From Acidimicrobiales bacterium (GTDB taxonomy: Bacteria > Actinomycetota > Acidimicrobiia > Acidimicrobiales > VFJN01), in contig JBKJIE010000093.1 of assembly GCA_046598715.1 (NCBI GenBank), forward strand, positions 16,964 to 80,963: a DNA stretch of 64,000 nt, given 5' to 3'. Shown here piece by piece: positions 1 to 9,647 of this stretch. The position numbers and the translations under genes are program-made. The notes under the pieces are model-generated. The model made no database searches and was not told where the DNA came from. It saw nothing but the letters and a program-made list of their open reading frames with translations. Position 1 is the first letter of the stretch. Every line of letters starts with the position of its first letter.

Positions 1-476
1 TCCGCCTCGCTCGTGAAGTAGGCCGCCTCCACGTAGGCATCGGGGGCGGTCCACACCCGGAGACCGCCGAGGAGATCAGGTCGCATGTCGGCGAACTGCT
101 CGAAGCTCTTGTCGAGCCGTTCGACGTCGGCCCGGGCCACGCCTGACACCTTCATGATCTGCACGAAGCCCGCATCGTTGGAGCCCCCACCCAGGAAGTC
201 GGTGGCGTCGGATGACTCGGTGAAGGTGACGTCGCCGTCGTAGTACTTCTCGGTGTCAGCCCACCACGCGCCCTGCTCGGGCCGATCGCTGTTGGCGCGC
301 GCCGCGGCCTCGTCCTGGAACCGCACGATGGTGATCGACCGACCGTCCGCGGTGACCCCTGAGGTCACCCCGAGGAAGTCTGCGGCACCAGGCCGAACCT
401 CGGCTTGCCACTGGTCGCCCTGACGCTTCAAGCCTTCGGCGTCGTTGGTCTGTCCTTCGATGATCTGTACGAACAT
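1..476 (-). CDS. Conserved hypothetical protein, N-terminal 158 aa only (gene runs off the left edge)
   Basis: ATG at 476-474 (reverse strand) preceded by a GGGGG-type RBS. The frame stays open to position 1 and translates as MFVQIIEGQTNDAEGLKRQGDQWQAEV..., with normal (non-shadow) composition. Confidence 0.5.
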   Translation of the reverse strand, partial: MFVQIIEGQTNDAEGLKRQGDQWQAEVRPGAADFLGVTSGVTADGRSITIVRFQDEAAARANSDRPEQGAWWADTEKYYDGDVTFTESSDATDFLGGGSNDAGFVQIMKVSGVARADVERLDKSFEQFADMRPDLLGGLRVWTAPDAYVEAAYFTSEA

Positions 477-543
477 GCTGGCCCCCGTTTCAACTGCCCA
501 CCACTCGCGAAGCATGCGCCTGCGAGCACGGCCCGCGCAATGG

Positions 544-1320
544 TCAGCCGGTGTCGCTGAGTCCGATGGTGCGCACGGTGGGTGACAGGGGCACTTCACC
601 CGGTTCGGGGCGGGTGCCCAGCACTCGGTCGCCCAGGCTGGTGGTGACGCCGAACCAATAGTGCTCGTTGCGGTAGTGGTGCAGGCGGTGGTTGCGCGAC
701 ACCCGGCGGAACCACGCCGTCTTCGGGCGGTAGGGGGCGTGGATCAGGTAGTGCGTCCACTCGTAGTTGAGGAGCATGCCGAAGCCGCACGCGAGCGCCA
801 TGGCCGCCTGCGGTGGTTCGAGTCGCCAGATCGCGAGGGCCACGAGGATCGGTGCCGCGGGGAAGAGGGCTTGGAACGGCACCATCACGATCCGTAGGTC
901 CTTCGGGTTACGGTGGTGATGGCGGTGCTTGCGGGCCGTGACCGGGTCGATGGTGTAGCGGCCGATCTTGGTCGGGCGCCGATGTAGCACGCGCACGTGG
1001 ATGATCCACTCCACGAACGGTTCCGCGGCCACGATGATGATGGGGATGAGCAGGTCCCAGCGGCCCCACCGCCCGATGGCGAGGCGGGCCACGGTGGCAA
1101 TCGCTGCGGTGGTGCCGATGATGATCGGAGAGGGCTTGCGGATGAAGAAGGCGACCAGCTCGGCAAGGGACGCACCTGCCTGCGGCTGATCCGCAGGGAC
1201 CGGGAGCACCTCGGTCTCCATGCCGTCGAGCGTGACGTCGGCCCCACGCACCTTGACCGATCGCTGTTCGAGCTCGTCCATCAGCAGGGACGGTAGCCAG
1301 CGGGGTGGTCCCGAGAGCAA
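544..1320 (-). CDS. Fatty acid hydroxylase / sterol desaturase superfamily membrane protein
   Basis: 258-aa ORF with histidine boxes HVRVLH, HRHHH, HYLIH and HRLHH, typical of di-iron membrane hydroxylases. The start is TTG at 1320 or ATG at 1281. Confidence 0.75.
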   Translation of the reverse strand: MLSGPPRWLPSLLMDELEQRSVKVRGADVTLDGMETEVLPVPADQPQAGASLAELVAFFIRKPSPIIIGTTAAIATVARLAIGRWGRWDLLIPIIIVAAEPFVEWIIHVRVLHRRPTKIGRYTIDPVTARKHRHHHRNPKDLRIVMVPFQALFPAAPILVALAIWRLEPPQAAMALACGFGMLLNYEWTHYLIHAPYRPKTAWFRRVSRNHRLHHYRNEHYWFGVTTSLGDRVLGTRPEPGEVPLSPTVRTIGLSDTG

Positions 1321-1486
1321 GCCGAACGGTCACCGTAGTCAAGCCAGTGGGCTCACCCGTGGGCTCCTTGAGCAGGGGCCCGATCAGAGGCGTAGCGTTT
1401 CGGACGCCGCCGCTGGGCTGACCCGCATCCCCCGCCGCACCTCGCCCATCGACACCCAGGAGACAGACCAACCAGAGGAGCGCACC

Positions 1487-1852
1487 ATGTCCGGACTCAT
1501 CCGCAAGAGCCTCGACGCACCTGACGAGACCCGACCCTTCCCCGATGGAATGGGCCAGCTGGAGCTGGTCAACAGCGACAAGGGTCCGGTTGGCCGGGCC
1601 ACCTTCGAGCCGGGGTGGCAGTGGTCGAAGCACATCAAGCCGATCGCCGGCACCGACAGCTGCCAGGCGGCGCACATGGGCTATGTGATCTCCGGCCGCA
1701 TGAAGGTCGTCATGGACGACGGCCAGGAAGACGAGTTCGGTCCGGGCGACTTCATGGTCTGCCCGCCGGGCCACGACGCGTGGATCGTGGGCGATGAGGC
1801 CTGTGTCGTGGTCGATTGGCAGGGCCTGGCGGACTACGCCAAGCCCTCCTGA
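1487..1852 (+). CDS. Cupin domain protein
   Basis: ATG 1487 preceded by AGAGGAG. The 121-aa product has a cupin_2-like core (GYVISGRMKVVMDDG...GDFMVCPPGHDAW). The upstream part of ORF 1220..1852 looks non-coding. Confidence 0.75.
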   Translation: MSGLIRKSLDAPDETRPFPDGMGQLELVNSDKGPVGRATFEPGWQWSKHIKPIAGTDSCQAAHMGYVISGRMKVVMDDGQEDEFGPGDFMVCPPGHDAWIVGDEACVVVDWQGLADYAKPS

Positions 1853-1923
1853 TCCAACCCGTCGAGCGACGAGCATGCCGCCTCGGATTCTGCTCGCGCG
1901 CCCATTCCCGGGAGAATGGAGGG

Positions 1924-3666
1924 GTGACACAGCCTCCGACCGACCCGCACGACTCGAGCCCCGACGATCGCGGCGACACCGAGAGCGGTGACGGCGAGCT
2001 CGGGTTCACGGGTCTGGGGCTCCGCGAGGAGCTCCTCCAAGCCCTCGCCCGCCTCGGCTACGAGGAGCCCACACCGATCCAGCGCGAGGCGATCCCGCTG
2101 CTGATCGCGGGCGCCGATGTGCTCGGCCAAGCGGCCACCGGTACGGGGAAGACCGCCGCCTTCGCGCTGCCGATCCTCCAGGCGATCGGTCGCAATGCAC
2201 CGGCGGTGCCGACGGCGCTCGTCGTGGTGCCGACCCGCGAGCTCGCAGTGCAGGTGAGCGAGGCGATGTTCAAGTACGGCCGCGAGCTCGGCGTGAAGGT
2301 GCTGCCCATCTTCGGCGGACAGCCCATCGGTCGGCAGCTCCAGGAGCTCCATCGTGGGGTGCACGTCGTCGTCGCCACGCCGGGCCGGGCCATCGACCAC
2401 ATCAATCGCGGTTCTTTGGCGCTCGACGAGATCCGCACGGTGGTCCTCGATGAGGCCGACGAGATGCTCGACATGGGCTTCACCGACGACATCGAGTCGA
2501 TCCTCGAGGGCACGCCTCGTGATCGCCAGACCGTGCTGTTCTCGGCCACGATGCCCCGCCGCATCGAGAACATCGCCAAGCGCCACCAGCGCAACCCGGT
2601 GCGCATCGAGATCGGCAGGAGCGCCACCGACTCCGGCAAGGCGCTCGTGCGCCAGACTGTCTACTTCGTGGAGCGGGCCCACAAGGCGTCGGCCCTGGGG
2701 CGCGTGCTCGACATCGAAGGTCCGACGGCGGCGATCATCTTCTGTCGCACGCGCACCGAGGTCGACGAGCTGACGGCCACGATGAACGGGCGCGGCTATC
2801 GCGCCGAGGCACTGCACGGTGGCATGGACCAGAACCAGCGCGATCGGGTGATGGGGCGTCTGCGTGACGGGTCAGCGGAGCTCCTCATCGCCACCGACGT
2901 GGCGGCGCGCGGCCTCGATGTCGACCAGCTCACGCACGTCGTCAACTACGACGTGCCATCAGCGGCCGAGAGCTATGTGCACCGCATCGGGCGGGTGGGT
3001 CGGGCCGGTCGCGAAGGGGTGGCCATCACCCTCGCCGAACCGCGGGAGCGGCGACTGCTCGCCAACATCGAGCGCCTCACGAAGCAGTCGATCGCCATCG
3101 CCAAGGTGCCGACGGTCGCCGACCTGCGGACCAAGCAGATCGAGCTGACGGTGGAGTCGCTCAACGACGCCCTGGGATCCGACGACCTCGACGACTACCA
3201 GGGCGTGCTCCATGCGCTCGCCGGCGAGGACAGCCGACGCGTCGCGCTGGCCGCCATCAAGCTCGTGCACGAGGCCCGCGGCGCCACGCTCGACGAGCGC
3301 GAGATCCCCGACCCCTGGGTGAGCACCAAGCGCCCGGGCCGCGACCGCGACGACCGCAGCCGAGGAAGCGACGGTGGTGGTGCTCGCCAACCTGGGCGGA
3401 CTGATCGCAGCCGCGGCGGGGCGGCGGAGGAGACCGGGTTCGTGTATGTGAGCCTGGGGAAGGCCGCCGGCGTGCGACCGGCCGATCTGGTGGGAGCGAT
3501 CGCCAACGAGAGCGGGCTCACGGGCCGCTCGATCGGCCCGATCCGCATCTCTGATCACTACTCGGTGGTCGGCGTGCCCAAGGCCTCAGTGGCAGAGGTC
3601 GTCCGCACGATGGGCACCACCACGATCCGCGGCCAGAAGGCAGAGGTCCGCCCGTACGTCGAGTGA
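1924..3666 (+). CDS. DEAD-box ATP-dependent RNA helicase with DbpA/DeaD-like C-terminal RNA-binding domain
   Basis: Motifs AATGTGKT, PTRELA, DEAD, SAT and HRIGRVGRAG, followed by an R/G-rich linker and a C-terminal GFVYVSLGKAAGVRPADLVGAI domain. The likely start is GTG 1924 after GGAGAATGGAGG; the maximal ORF begins at 1816. Confidence 0.9.
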   Translation: MTQPPTDPHDSSPDDRGDTESGDGELGFTGLGLREELLQALARLGYEEPTPIQREAIPLLIAGADVLGQAATGTGKTAAFALPILQAIGRNAPAVPTALVVVPTRELAVQVSEAMFKYGRELGVKVLPIFGGQPIGRQLQELHRGVHVVVATPGRAIDHINRGSLALDEIRTVVLDEADEMLDMGFTDDIESILEGTPRDRQTVLFSATMPRRIENIAKRHQRNPVRIEIGRSATDSGKALVRQTVYFVERAHKASALGRVLDIEGPTAAIIFCRTRTEVDELTATMNGRGYRAEALHGGMDQNQRDRVMGRLRDGSAELLIATDVAARGLDVDQLTHVVNYDVPSAAESYVHRIGRVGRAGREGVAITLAEPRERRLLANIERLTKQSIAIAKVPTVADLRTKQIELTVESLNDALGSDDLDDYQGVLHALAGEDSRRVALAAIKLVHEARGATLDEREIPDPWVSTKRPGRDRDDRSRGSDGGGARQPGRTDRSRGGAAEETGFVYVSLGKAAGVRPADLVGAIANESGLTGRSIGPIRISDHYSVVGVPKASVAEVVRTMGTTTIRGQKAEVRPYVE

Positions 3667-3704
3667 TGGGCTGAACGGCTGGGACGTTGTTGAACAACGG
3701 CGTC

Positions 3705-4316
3705 CTAGCGCTTCGTGCGGAGCCCACCCGGTGGGCTGAGCGCGGCCTCGAACACGGCGGCGACGTCGGCTCCGTAGACGAGCGCGGTGCTGCGGCCCAC
3801 CTGCACCACCGACATGAGCAGCGAGAGCATGATGGCGACGACGCCGTTGCCGATCACCAGGGCGTCGATGTCGTTGCGGACGGCCCCACTGAGCTGCTCG
3901 GCGCGGATGCGCTCGGCGCACGCCTTGCGGAGCTCCTCGAGCGCGGGGATCTCGAGCACGCGCTCGGTGACCTCGGGTTCGAGCCCGCCGAGCACCCGCC
4001 GGGCGAGCGGGTGCAGATCGACGGCGTCCATGAGCGTGAAGATCAGCGTCTGACGCCAGTCGGCGATCCCTGGGTCGGCCATGATGCTGGTGAGGCCCTC
4101 ATGGATGATGGCGGCCGAGTCCTCGTCGAGGGCGGCGAGGAACAGCGCCTCCTTGTTGGGGAAGTAGGCGTAGGCGACGGATCCCCCGACGCCCGCGTCA
4201 CGGGCGATGTCGGCGACCGAGGTGGAGCGGTACCCGTCGCGCCCGAACCGAGTGATGGCGGCACCGAGGATCGCCTGGCGCGTGAGCTCGCCCTTCGTCA
4301 TGGCCATGTGACGCAT
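3705..4316 (-). CDS. TetR family transcriptional regulator
   Basis: N-terminal HTH region (TRQAILGAAITRFGRDGYRSTSVADIARDAGVGGSVAYAYFPNKEALF). It is divergent from 4355..5242. Confidence 0.85.
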   Translation of the reverse strand: MRHMAMTKGELTRQAILGAAITRFGRDGYRSTSVADIARDAGVGGSVAYAYFPNKEALFLAALDEDSAAIIHEGLTSIMADPGIADWRQTLIFTLMDAVDLHPLARRVLGGLEPEVTERVLEIPALEELRKACAERIRAEQLSGAVRNDIDALVIGNGVVAIMLSLLMSVVQVGRSTALVYGADVAAVFEAALSPPGGLRTKR

Positions 4317-4334
4317 GCTACAGGAAATGAGTAC

Positions 4335-4351
4335 TTGAGGGAATCTCTCAA
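4335..4351. promoter_or_regulatory. Candidate TetR operator (imperfect inverted repeat TTGAGGG-aat-CTCTCAA) in an AT-richer divergent intergenic region
   Basis: The inverted repeat is read directly in the 39-bp gap between the TetR gene and the PF10118-like gene. It matches in 6 of 7 arm positions. Confidence 0.25.
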
Positions 4352-4354
4352 ATC

Positions 4355-5242
4355 ATGTTACGGTCGGCACCAATGACCCAGACCAGCAATCCCACGCGAA
4401 AGGTCCCCACGCGACGGATCTCCTTCGAGGAGTCGCTGCGCGACCTCCCGAAGCACTTCGCCGTCGACGGTGACCTCATCCTGAGCCACCTTGCCGCGTC
4501 CCTCTCAGCGGTCTTCCCCGACGGGGAGGACTTCTTCGTCCGCTCCGTGCGCAACTACCGCGACCAGATCACCGACCCGGAGCTGAAGCGCCAGGTGGCC
4601 GGCTTCATCGGCCAGGAGGCCGTGCACGGCCGCGAGCACCGGGTGTTCAACGATCGCCTCGACGTGCTCGGATACCCCACGAAGCGGTTCGAGCGGATCA
4701 CCAAGGCCGGCCTCGCGCTGCGCGAGCGCATCGCCCCACCGGCGGCCAACCTGGCGGCCACCGCGGCGCTGGAGCACTTCACGGCCACGCTGGCCGAGCT
4801 CGTGCTCTCCAGCGAGGAGACCCGCGACCTCTTCGGTCACCAGGAGGTGCGCAACCTCTTCCTCTGGCATGCCCTCGAGGAGTCGGAGCACAAGGCCGTC
4901 GCGTTCGACGTGTACAAGGCCGTTGGCGGCACCGAGCGCATGCGGGTGTGGACGATGAAGTTCATCCGCTGGGGCTTCGTTGGCGGCATGGCGCTGCAGA
5001 TCGGGGTGTCGCTGCTCCTCGACCGTGCCACCTACCGCCCTGGCAACCTGCGCCGCAGCTGGCGGCGCGTCCGCCAATCGCCGTTCATGCAGCGTGAGCT
5101 GTGGGATCAGCTCTGCGACTACGACCGGCCCGACTTCCACCCCGACGACCGCGACACCAACGATCTCGTCGACCAGTGGCGCACGGAGCTCTTCGGCGCC
5201 GAGGGCACGCTCAACGACAAGCTCGCCAGCTCGGCTGCCTGA
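4355..5242 (+). CDS. Predicted metal-dependent hydrolase (PF10118-like)
   Basis: 295-aa ORF with a family-typical N-terminal region (FPDGEDFFVRSVRNYRDQITDPELKRQVAGFIGQEAVHGREH) and helical C-terminal hydrophobic segments. ATG 4373 is an alternative start. Confidence 0.7.
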   Translation: MLRSAPMTQTSNPTRKVPTRRISFEESLRDLPKHFAVDGDLILSHLAASLSAVFPDGEDFFVRSVRNYRDQITDPELKRQVAGFIGQEAVHGREHRVFNDRLDVLGYPTKRFERITKAGLALRERIAPPAANLAATAALEHFTATLAELVLSSEETRDLFGHQEVRNLFLWHALEESEHKAVAFDVYKAVGGTERMRVWTMKFIRWGFVGGMALQIGVSLLLDRATYRPGNLRRSWRRVRQSPFMQRELWDQLCDYDRPDFHPDDRDTNDLVDQWRTELFGAEGTLNDKLASSAA

Positions 5243-5247
5243 AGGCG

Positions 5248-6741
5248 ATGACCGAGCACATCGATGTCCTGATCGTCGGCGCCGGGCTCTCCGGCATCGG
5301 CGCCGCCCACTACGTGCAGACAGAGTGCCCGTGGGCCACCTACGCGGTTCTCGAGGCGCGTGACGCCATCGGCGGCACCTGGGACCTCTTCCGCTACCCG
5401 GGGATCCGATCCGACTCCGACATGTTCACCCTCGGCTACTCGTTCCGTCCGTGGCCGGGCGAGAAGTCGATCGCCGACGGCCCGTCGATCCTGCAGTACA
5501 TCAAGGACACCGCGGCGGAGGCTGGCATCGACGAGCACATCCGCTTCCAGCATCGGATCCTCTCGGCCGACTGGTCGACCGACGACGCCACCTGGCACAT
5601 CGCCGCGGAGCGCACCGACACCGGTGCCACGGTCGAGCTCACGTGCGGCTTCATCTTCTCCTGCAGCGGGTACTACCGCTACGACCACGGCTACCTCCCC
5701 GACTTCGCCGGCATGGACCGCTTCGGGGGCACGATCGTGCACCCGCAGGAGTGGCCTGACGACCTCGACTACGCGGACAAGCGAGTGGTGGTGATCGGCA
5801 GCGGCGCCACGGCGGTCACCCTCGTGCCGTCGATGGCCCAGGACGCGGCCCACGTCACCATGCTCCAGCGCTCCCCGAGCTACATCGTGTCGGTGCCGGC
5901 CAAGAACCCCGCCGCCGACCTGCTCCGCAGGATCCTTCCGGAGCGCTACGCCGGCAACGTGATCCGGTGGGCGCTCGCCCTCGGCACCCAGGCCACCTAC
6001 GTCGTGAGCAAGAAGCACCCGGCGCTCGTCAAGCGGTTGCTGCGCAAGGGGCTCGAGCGGGAGCTGCCGGCGGGCTACGACATCGACACCCACTTCACCC
6101 CTCGGTACAATCCGTGGGACCAGCGGCTCTGTGCCGTGCCTGATGGGGATCTCTTCAAGGCCATCCGGTCGGGCGCCGCCTCTGTGGTGACCGACCACAT
6201 CGACACGTTCACCGAGACGGGGCTGCGCCTCGAGTCCGGCACCGAGCTCAACGCCGACATCGTCGTCACCGCCACCGGGCTGGAGCTGCTCTTCATCGGC
6301 GGCATCGAGCTGGCGGTCGACGGCGAGAAGGTCGACCTCCCCAGCAAGCTCACCTACAAGGGGATGATGCTCGAAGGTGTGCCGAACCTGGCGCTGGCCA
6401 TCGGCTACACCAATGCCTCCTGGACCCTGAAGTGCGACCTCACGTGCGGCTACGTGACTCGGCTCCTCAACCACCTCCACGCCACGGGGGAGCGGCAGTG
6501 CACGCCTCGCAACACCGACTCGTCGGTCAGCGCCGAACCGCTTCTCGGGCTCTCGTCGGGCTATGTGCAGCGCTCGGCCGATCGGTTCCCGAAGCAGGGG
6601 TCGAAGTTCCCGTGGCAGGTGCATCAGAGCTACCTGCGCGACTACCGGGCGCTGAAGCGCAGCGGGATCGAGGACGACGCCATGGAGTTCTCCAACCCCA
6701 CACCCACGCACGCGTCGGCCGTCGCCGCCGTGTCCGCTTAG
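5248..6741 (+). CDS. FAD-dependent Baeyer-Villiger-type monooxygenase (EthA-like)
   Basis: GAGLSG FAD-binding motif, BVMO fingerprint FGGTIVHPQEWP (FxGxxxHxxxWP) and a second GSGATA dinucleotide motif. ATG 5248 lies 6 nt after the upstream stop. Confidence 0.85.
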   Translation: MTEHIDVLIVGAGLSGIGAAHYVQTECPWATYAVLEARDAIGGTWDLFRYPGIRSDSDMFTLGYSFRPWPGEKSIADGPSILQYIKDTAAEAGIDEHIRFQHRILSADWSTDDATWHIAAERTDTGATVELTCGFIFSCSGYYRYDHGYLPDFAGMDRFGGTIVHPQEWPDDLDYADKRVVVIGSGATAVTLVPSMAQDAAHVTMLQRSPSYIVSVPAKNPAADLLRRILPERYAGNVIRWALALGTQATYVVSKKHPALVKRLLRKGLERELPAGYDIDTHFTPRYNPWDQRLCAVPDGDLFKAIRSGAASVVTDHIDTFTETGLRLESGTELNADIVVTATGLELLFIGGIELAVDGEKVDLPSKLTYKGMMLEGVPNLALAIGYTNASWTLKCDLTCGYVTRLLNHLHATGERQCTPRNTDSSVSAEPLLGLSSGYVQRSADRFPKQGSKFPWQVHQSYLRDYRALKRSGIEDDAMEFSNPTPTHASAVAAVSA

Positions 6742-6752
6742 GAGCGACCGAC

Positions 6753-7580
6753 GTGAAGCAGTTCGACGATCGAGTAGCCGCCATCACCGGCGCCGGGTCC
6801 GGAATCGGCCGGGCCCTGGCCAAGGAGCTGGCCCGCCGTGGGGCGCACCTCGCGCTGTGCGACATCGACGAGGCAGGGCTGGCCGACACCGTCGCCCAGT
6901 GCGAGGGCCGCGCGGTGAAGGTCACGTCACAGCGGGTCGACGTGGCCGACCGTGACGCTGTGCATGCCTGGGCCGACCAGGTGGTGCTCGATCACGGCAG
7001 AGTCAACCTGATCGTCAACAACGCGGGGGTCGCGCTCGGCGCCACCGTCGAGGGCATGTCCTACGACGACTTCGAGTGGCTGATGAGCATCAACTTCTGG
7101 GGCGTCGTGCACGGCACGAAGGCGTTCCTGCCCCATCTCAAGGCTGCCGGCGAGGGCCACATCGTGAACCTCTCCAGTGTGTTCGGCTTGATCAGCGTCC
7201 CGTCGCAGTCCGCGTACAACGCGGCCAAGTTCGGGGTCCGTGGCTTCACTGACGCGCTGCGGATGGAGCTGGACATGGCTGACTGCGGCGTGTCCGCCAC
7301 CACGATCCACCCGGGCGGCATCAAGACGAACATCGCACGCAACGCCCGGATGGATGCGAGCGCAACCGCCATGGGCGGCTCCGCCGACCCGGCCCGCGAC
7401 TTCGACAAGATCGCCATGACCAACCCTGACAAGGCGGCGCGCCAGATCCTCGCCGCTGTGGAGCACGGTCGGCGGCGAGCGCTGATCGGGCCCGACGCGA
7501 AGGTGATCGATCTGATCTCGCGGCTCCCCGGTGCGCTGTACCAGCGCGTGCTGGTGCGCGGCGCCAAGCGCCGCGGCTGA
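6753..7580 (+). CDS. Short-chain dehydrogenase/reductase (SDR)
   Basis: TGAGSGIG cofactor motif, NNAG, and YNAAK (YxxxK). GTG 6753 follows TAGGAGCG. Confidence 0.85.
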   Translation: MKQFDDRVAAITGAGSGIGRALAKELARRGAHLALCDIDEAGLADTVAQCEGRAVKVTSQRVDVADRDAVHAWADQVVLDHGRVNLIVNNAGVALGATVEGMSYDDFEWLMSINFWGVVHGTKAFLPHLKAAGEGHIVNLSSVFGLISVPSQSAYNAAKFGVRGFTDALRMELDMADCGVSATTIHPGGIKTNIARNARMDASATAMGGSADPARDFDKIAMTNPDKAARQILAAVEHGRRRALIGPDAKVIDLISRLPGALYQRVLVRGAKRRG

Positions 7581-7588
7581 GCCCGCGG

Positions 7589-8773
7589 TTGAGGCATGCT
7601 CGCGGCATGACGATGCTCGCGGCTGCAACCCGCCCGGGTCTGACACCGGAGGCCCTGGCCGCCGCGGCGCGCTCGGCCGCCGGTGCCGGCTCGCTTGCCT
7701 TCCGCATCCGGCCCACCGGGGCTGCCGTGACCTACCGAATCGACCACTCCACGGTGACGGTGGTCGATGGCGTCGACGACGCGGCCACGGTGGTGGAGCT
7801 CGATGAGGATGCGTGGTCGGATCTCACCGGCCAGCGGCGCACGTTCATCAACCTCTTCCTCGCTGGCGCGCTCACCTTCGAGGGCGGCGGGTTCGAGCAG
7901 CTGGCCACGTGGGATCCCGCGCTCCGTCTCCTGCATGACGGGATCCCGATCTACGACCCGGAGCAGGTCGACCTCGACGGGCGCGATCCGGCTGCGGTGC
8001 TCACTCTCGACACTCCGGACGAGGAGCTGCGCGCACAGCTGCAGACGATGGGCTACCTCCACCTGAGAGGCGTCTTCACTGCGGAGGAGATGGCAACCGC
8101 CAACGCCGAGGTCGATCGCCTCGCGGAGCTCGCCCGCCCCGGTGACGATCAGTCGTGGTGGGCCGAGGGCGAAGACGGCGAACAGGTCGTGTGCCGCCTG
8201 GTGTATGCCACTCTCCGATCTGAGCGCCTGGCCACCCTCGAGGGTGATCCCCGCGTCGCCCGCCTCGGCCTCCTGCTCGATCCCACCCTCCGCATCGCGG
8301 CCGACCGGATGGAGGGTTCACCGGTGCTGCTCAAGGCGCCGGGCGAGACCAAGGGCCTGTCGAACATCCCGTGGCATCAGGACTGCGGCATGGGCGGTCA
8401 CGGGATCGTGTGTCCCTCGGTGAGCATCGGCATCCAGCTCACGGGCTCGTCCGCGGCGAGCGGCAACCTCAAGGTGATCCCCGGCAGCCATGGTCGCACG
8501 CTGCACTACCAGTGGGAGCGCCACCTGCACGACGTCCCCATCGTCACGATCGACACCGCCCCCGGTGACGTCACCGTGCACATACAGGACGTGATGCACG
8601 CGTCGCCGAAGCCCACTGGCGCGGGCGGTCGCCGGACGATGTACGTCACGTTCTACCCGGTGAAGCTGTGGGACCACGTCGGTCCGGGCGAGGCGTTCAA
8701 CGACCTGGTCCGCAATCGCACTGCCGAGGTCGCCAACCTCCGTGGCAACCGACACCCCGGGCGAGCGGGCTGA
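7589..8773 (+). CDS. Phytanoyl-CoA dioxygenase (PhyH) family Fe(II)/2OG oxygenase with an extra N-terminal domain
   Basis: The C-terminal two-thirds matches PhyH-type sequence (IPWHQDCG...GNLKVIPGSH). The N-terminal ~150 aa looks SCP2-like, which is inference. The start is uncertain (7589, 7607 or 7613). Confidence 0.75.
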   Translation: MRHARGMTMLAAATRPGLTPEALAAAARSAAGAGSLAFRIRPTGAAVTYRIDHSTVTVVDGVDDAATVVELDEDAWSDLTGQRRTFINLFLAGALTFEGGGFEQLATWDPALRLLHDGIPIYDPEQVDLDGRDPAAVLTLDTPDEELRAQLQTMGYLHLRGVFTAEEMATANAEVDRLAELARPGDDQSWWAEGEDGEQVVCRLVYATLRSERLATLEGDPRVARLGLLLDPTLRIAADRMEGSPVLLKAPGETKGLSNIPWHQDCGMGGHGIVCPSVSIGIQLTGSSAASGNLKVIPGSHGRTLHYQWERHLHDVPIVTIDTAPGDVTVHIQDVMHASPKPTGAGGRRTMYVTFYPVKLWDHVGPGEAFNDLVRNRTAEVANLRGNRHPGRAG

Positions 8774-8775
8774 CC

Positions 8776-9627
8776 GTGGGCGACGCCATCCGCATCGAAG
8801 ACGACGGCGCTGTCCGTCACCTGGTCCTGTGTCGCCCAGATGCGTTCAACACCATCACGCTTCAGCTGCGCGACGAGCTCGACGCCGCGCTCGACGCCGC
8901 CGATGCCGACAAGGGTGTGAAGGTGGTGCTCATCCGGGCGGAGGGCAGCTCGTTCTGCGCCGGCTTCGGCCTCGACTGGTCCACCGTCTCCCAAGCCACC
9001 GCCGACGGAGCCAAGGGCAGGGTCTGGGACTCCGTCGCTGACGTGCAGATGATCGGCCTGTTCGGCAACACCTTCGCCAAGCTGCACTCGATCTCGAAGC
9101 CCACGATCGCGGCCGTGCAAGGGTGGTGCATCGCCGGCGGCACCGACATGATCCTCAACGCCGACCTCATCGTGGCCAGCGAGTCAGCGCGCTTCGGCTA
9201 TCCGCCGGCCCGCGTGTGGGGGGTGCCCGAGGCGCCGTGGGTGTGGGTGGCGCGCCTCGGCCTCGAGCGGGCCAAGCGCTACCTCTTCACCGGTGACGAG
9301 CTCACCGCAACCGAGGCGGCGGCGGTGGGGATGATCCTCGAGTGCGTGCCCGACGACGCGCTGCAGGAGCACGTGTCGAGCTTGGCCCAACGGATGGCAC
9401 TGCTGCCCCTCAACCAGCTCCAGATGATGAAGTGGATGCTCAATGACGTCGCCCGTCATCAGTACCAACCCGACACGAGCAGGCTGCTCGGCTTCGTGTT
9501 CGACGGCGTCGCCCGTCACACGCAGGAAGGTCTCGACTTCGTTGCGCGGGCCCAGGACATCGGTTGGCGCGAGGCCGTCCGTGAGCGCGACCGACCCTTC
9601 GGCGACTACGGCGAACGACCTCGCTGA
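8776..9627 (+). CDS. Enoyl-CoA hydratase/isomerase (crotonase) family protein
   Basis: Crotonase-type motifs (RPDAFNTIT, VVLIRAEGSSFCAGFGL, KPTIAAVQGWCIAGG). GTG 8776 lies 3 nt after the upstream TGA. Confidence 0.8.
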   Translation: MGDAIRIEDDGAVRHLVLCRPDAFNTITLQLRDELDAALDAADADKGVKVVLIRAEGSSFCAGFGLDWSTVSQATADGAKGRVWDSVADVQMIGLFGNTFAKLHSISKPTIAAVQGWCIAGGTDMILNADLIVASESARFGYPPARVWGVPEAPWVWVARLGLERAKRYLFTGDELTATEAAAVGMILECVPDDALQEHVSSLAQRMALLPLNQLQMMKWMLNDVARHQYQPDTSRLLGFVFDGVARHTQEGLDFVARAQDIGWREAVRERDRPFGDYGERPR

Positions 9628-9647
9628 CCAACCAGGCTCCTGTGGAC

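Noticed and set aside
5119-6711. 530-aa antisense ORF, with similar long ORFs at 908..1930(-), 1834..2817(-), 11793..13739(-), 13037..15106(+), 15122..16492(-), 17256..18671(-), 29010..31385(-), 32772..34250(+), 59546..60712(-) and 60719..61684(-)
   Set aside because: All are Arg/Ala/Gly/Pro/His-rich shadow ORFs lying antisense or out of frame to genes with clear family motifs. This is typical of high-GC DNA, and none has a recognisable domain.
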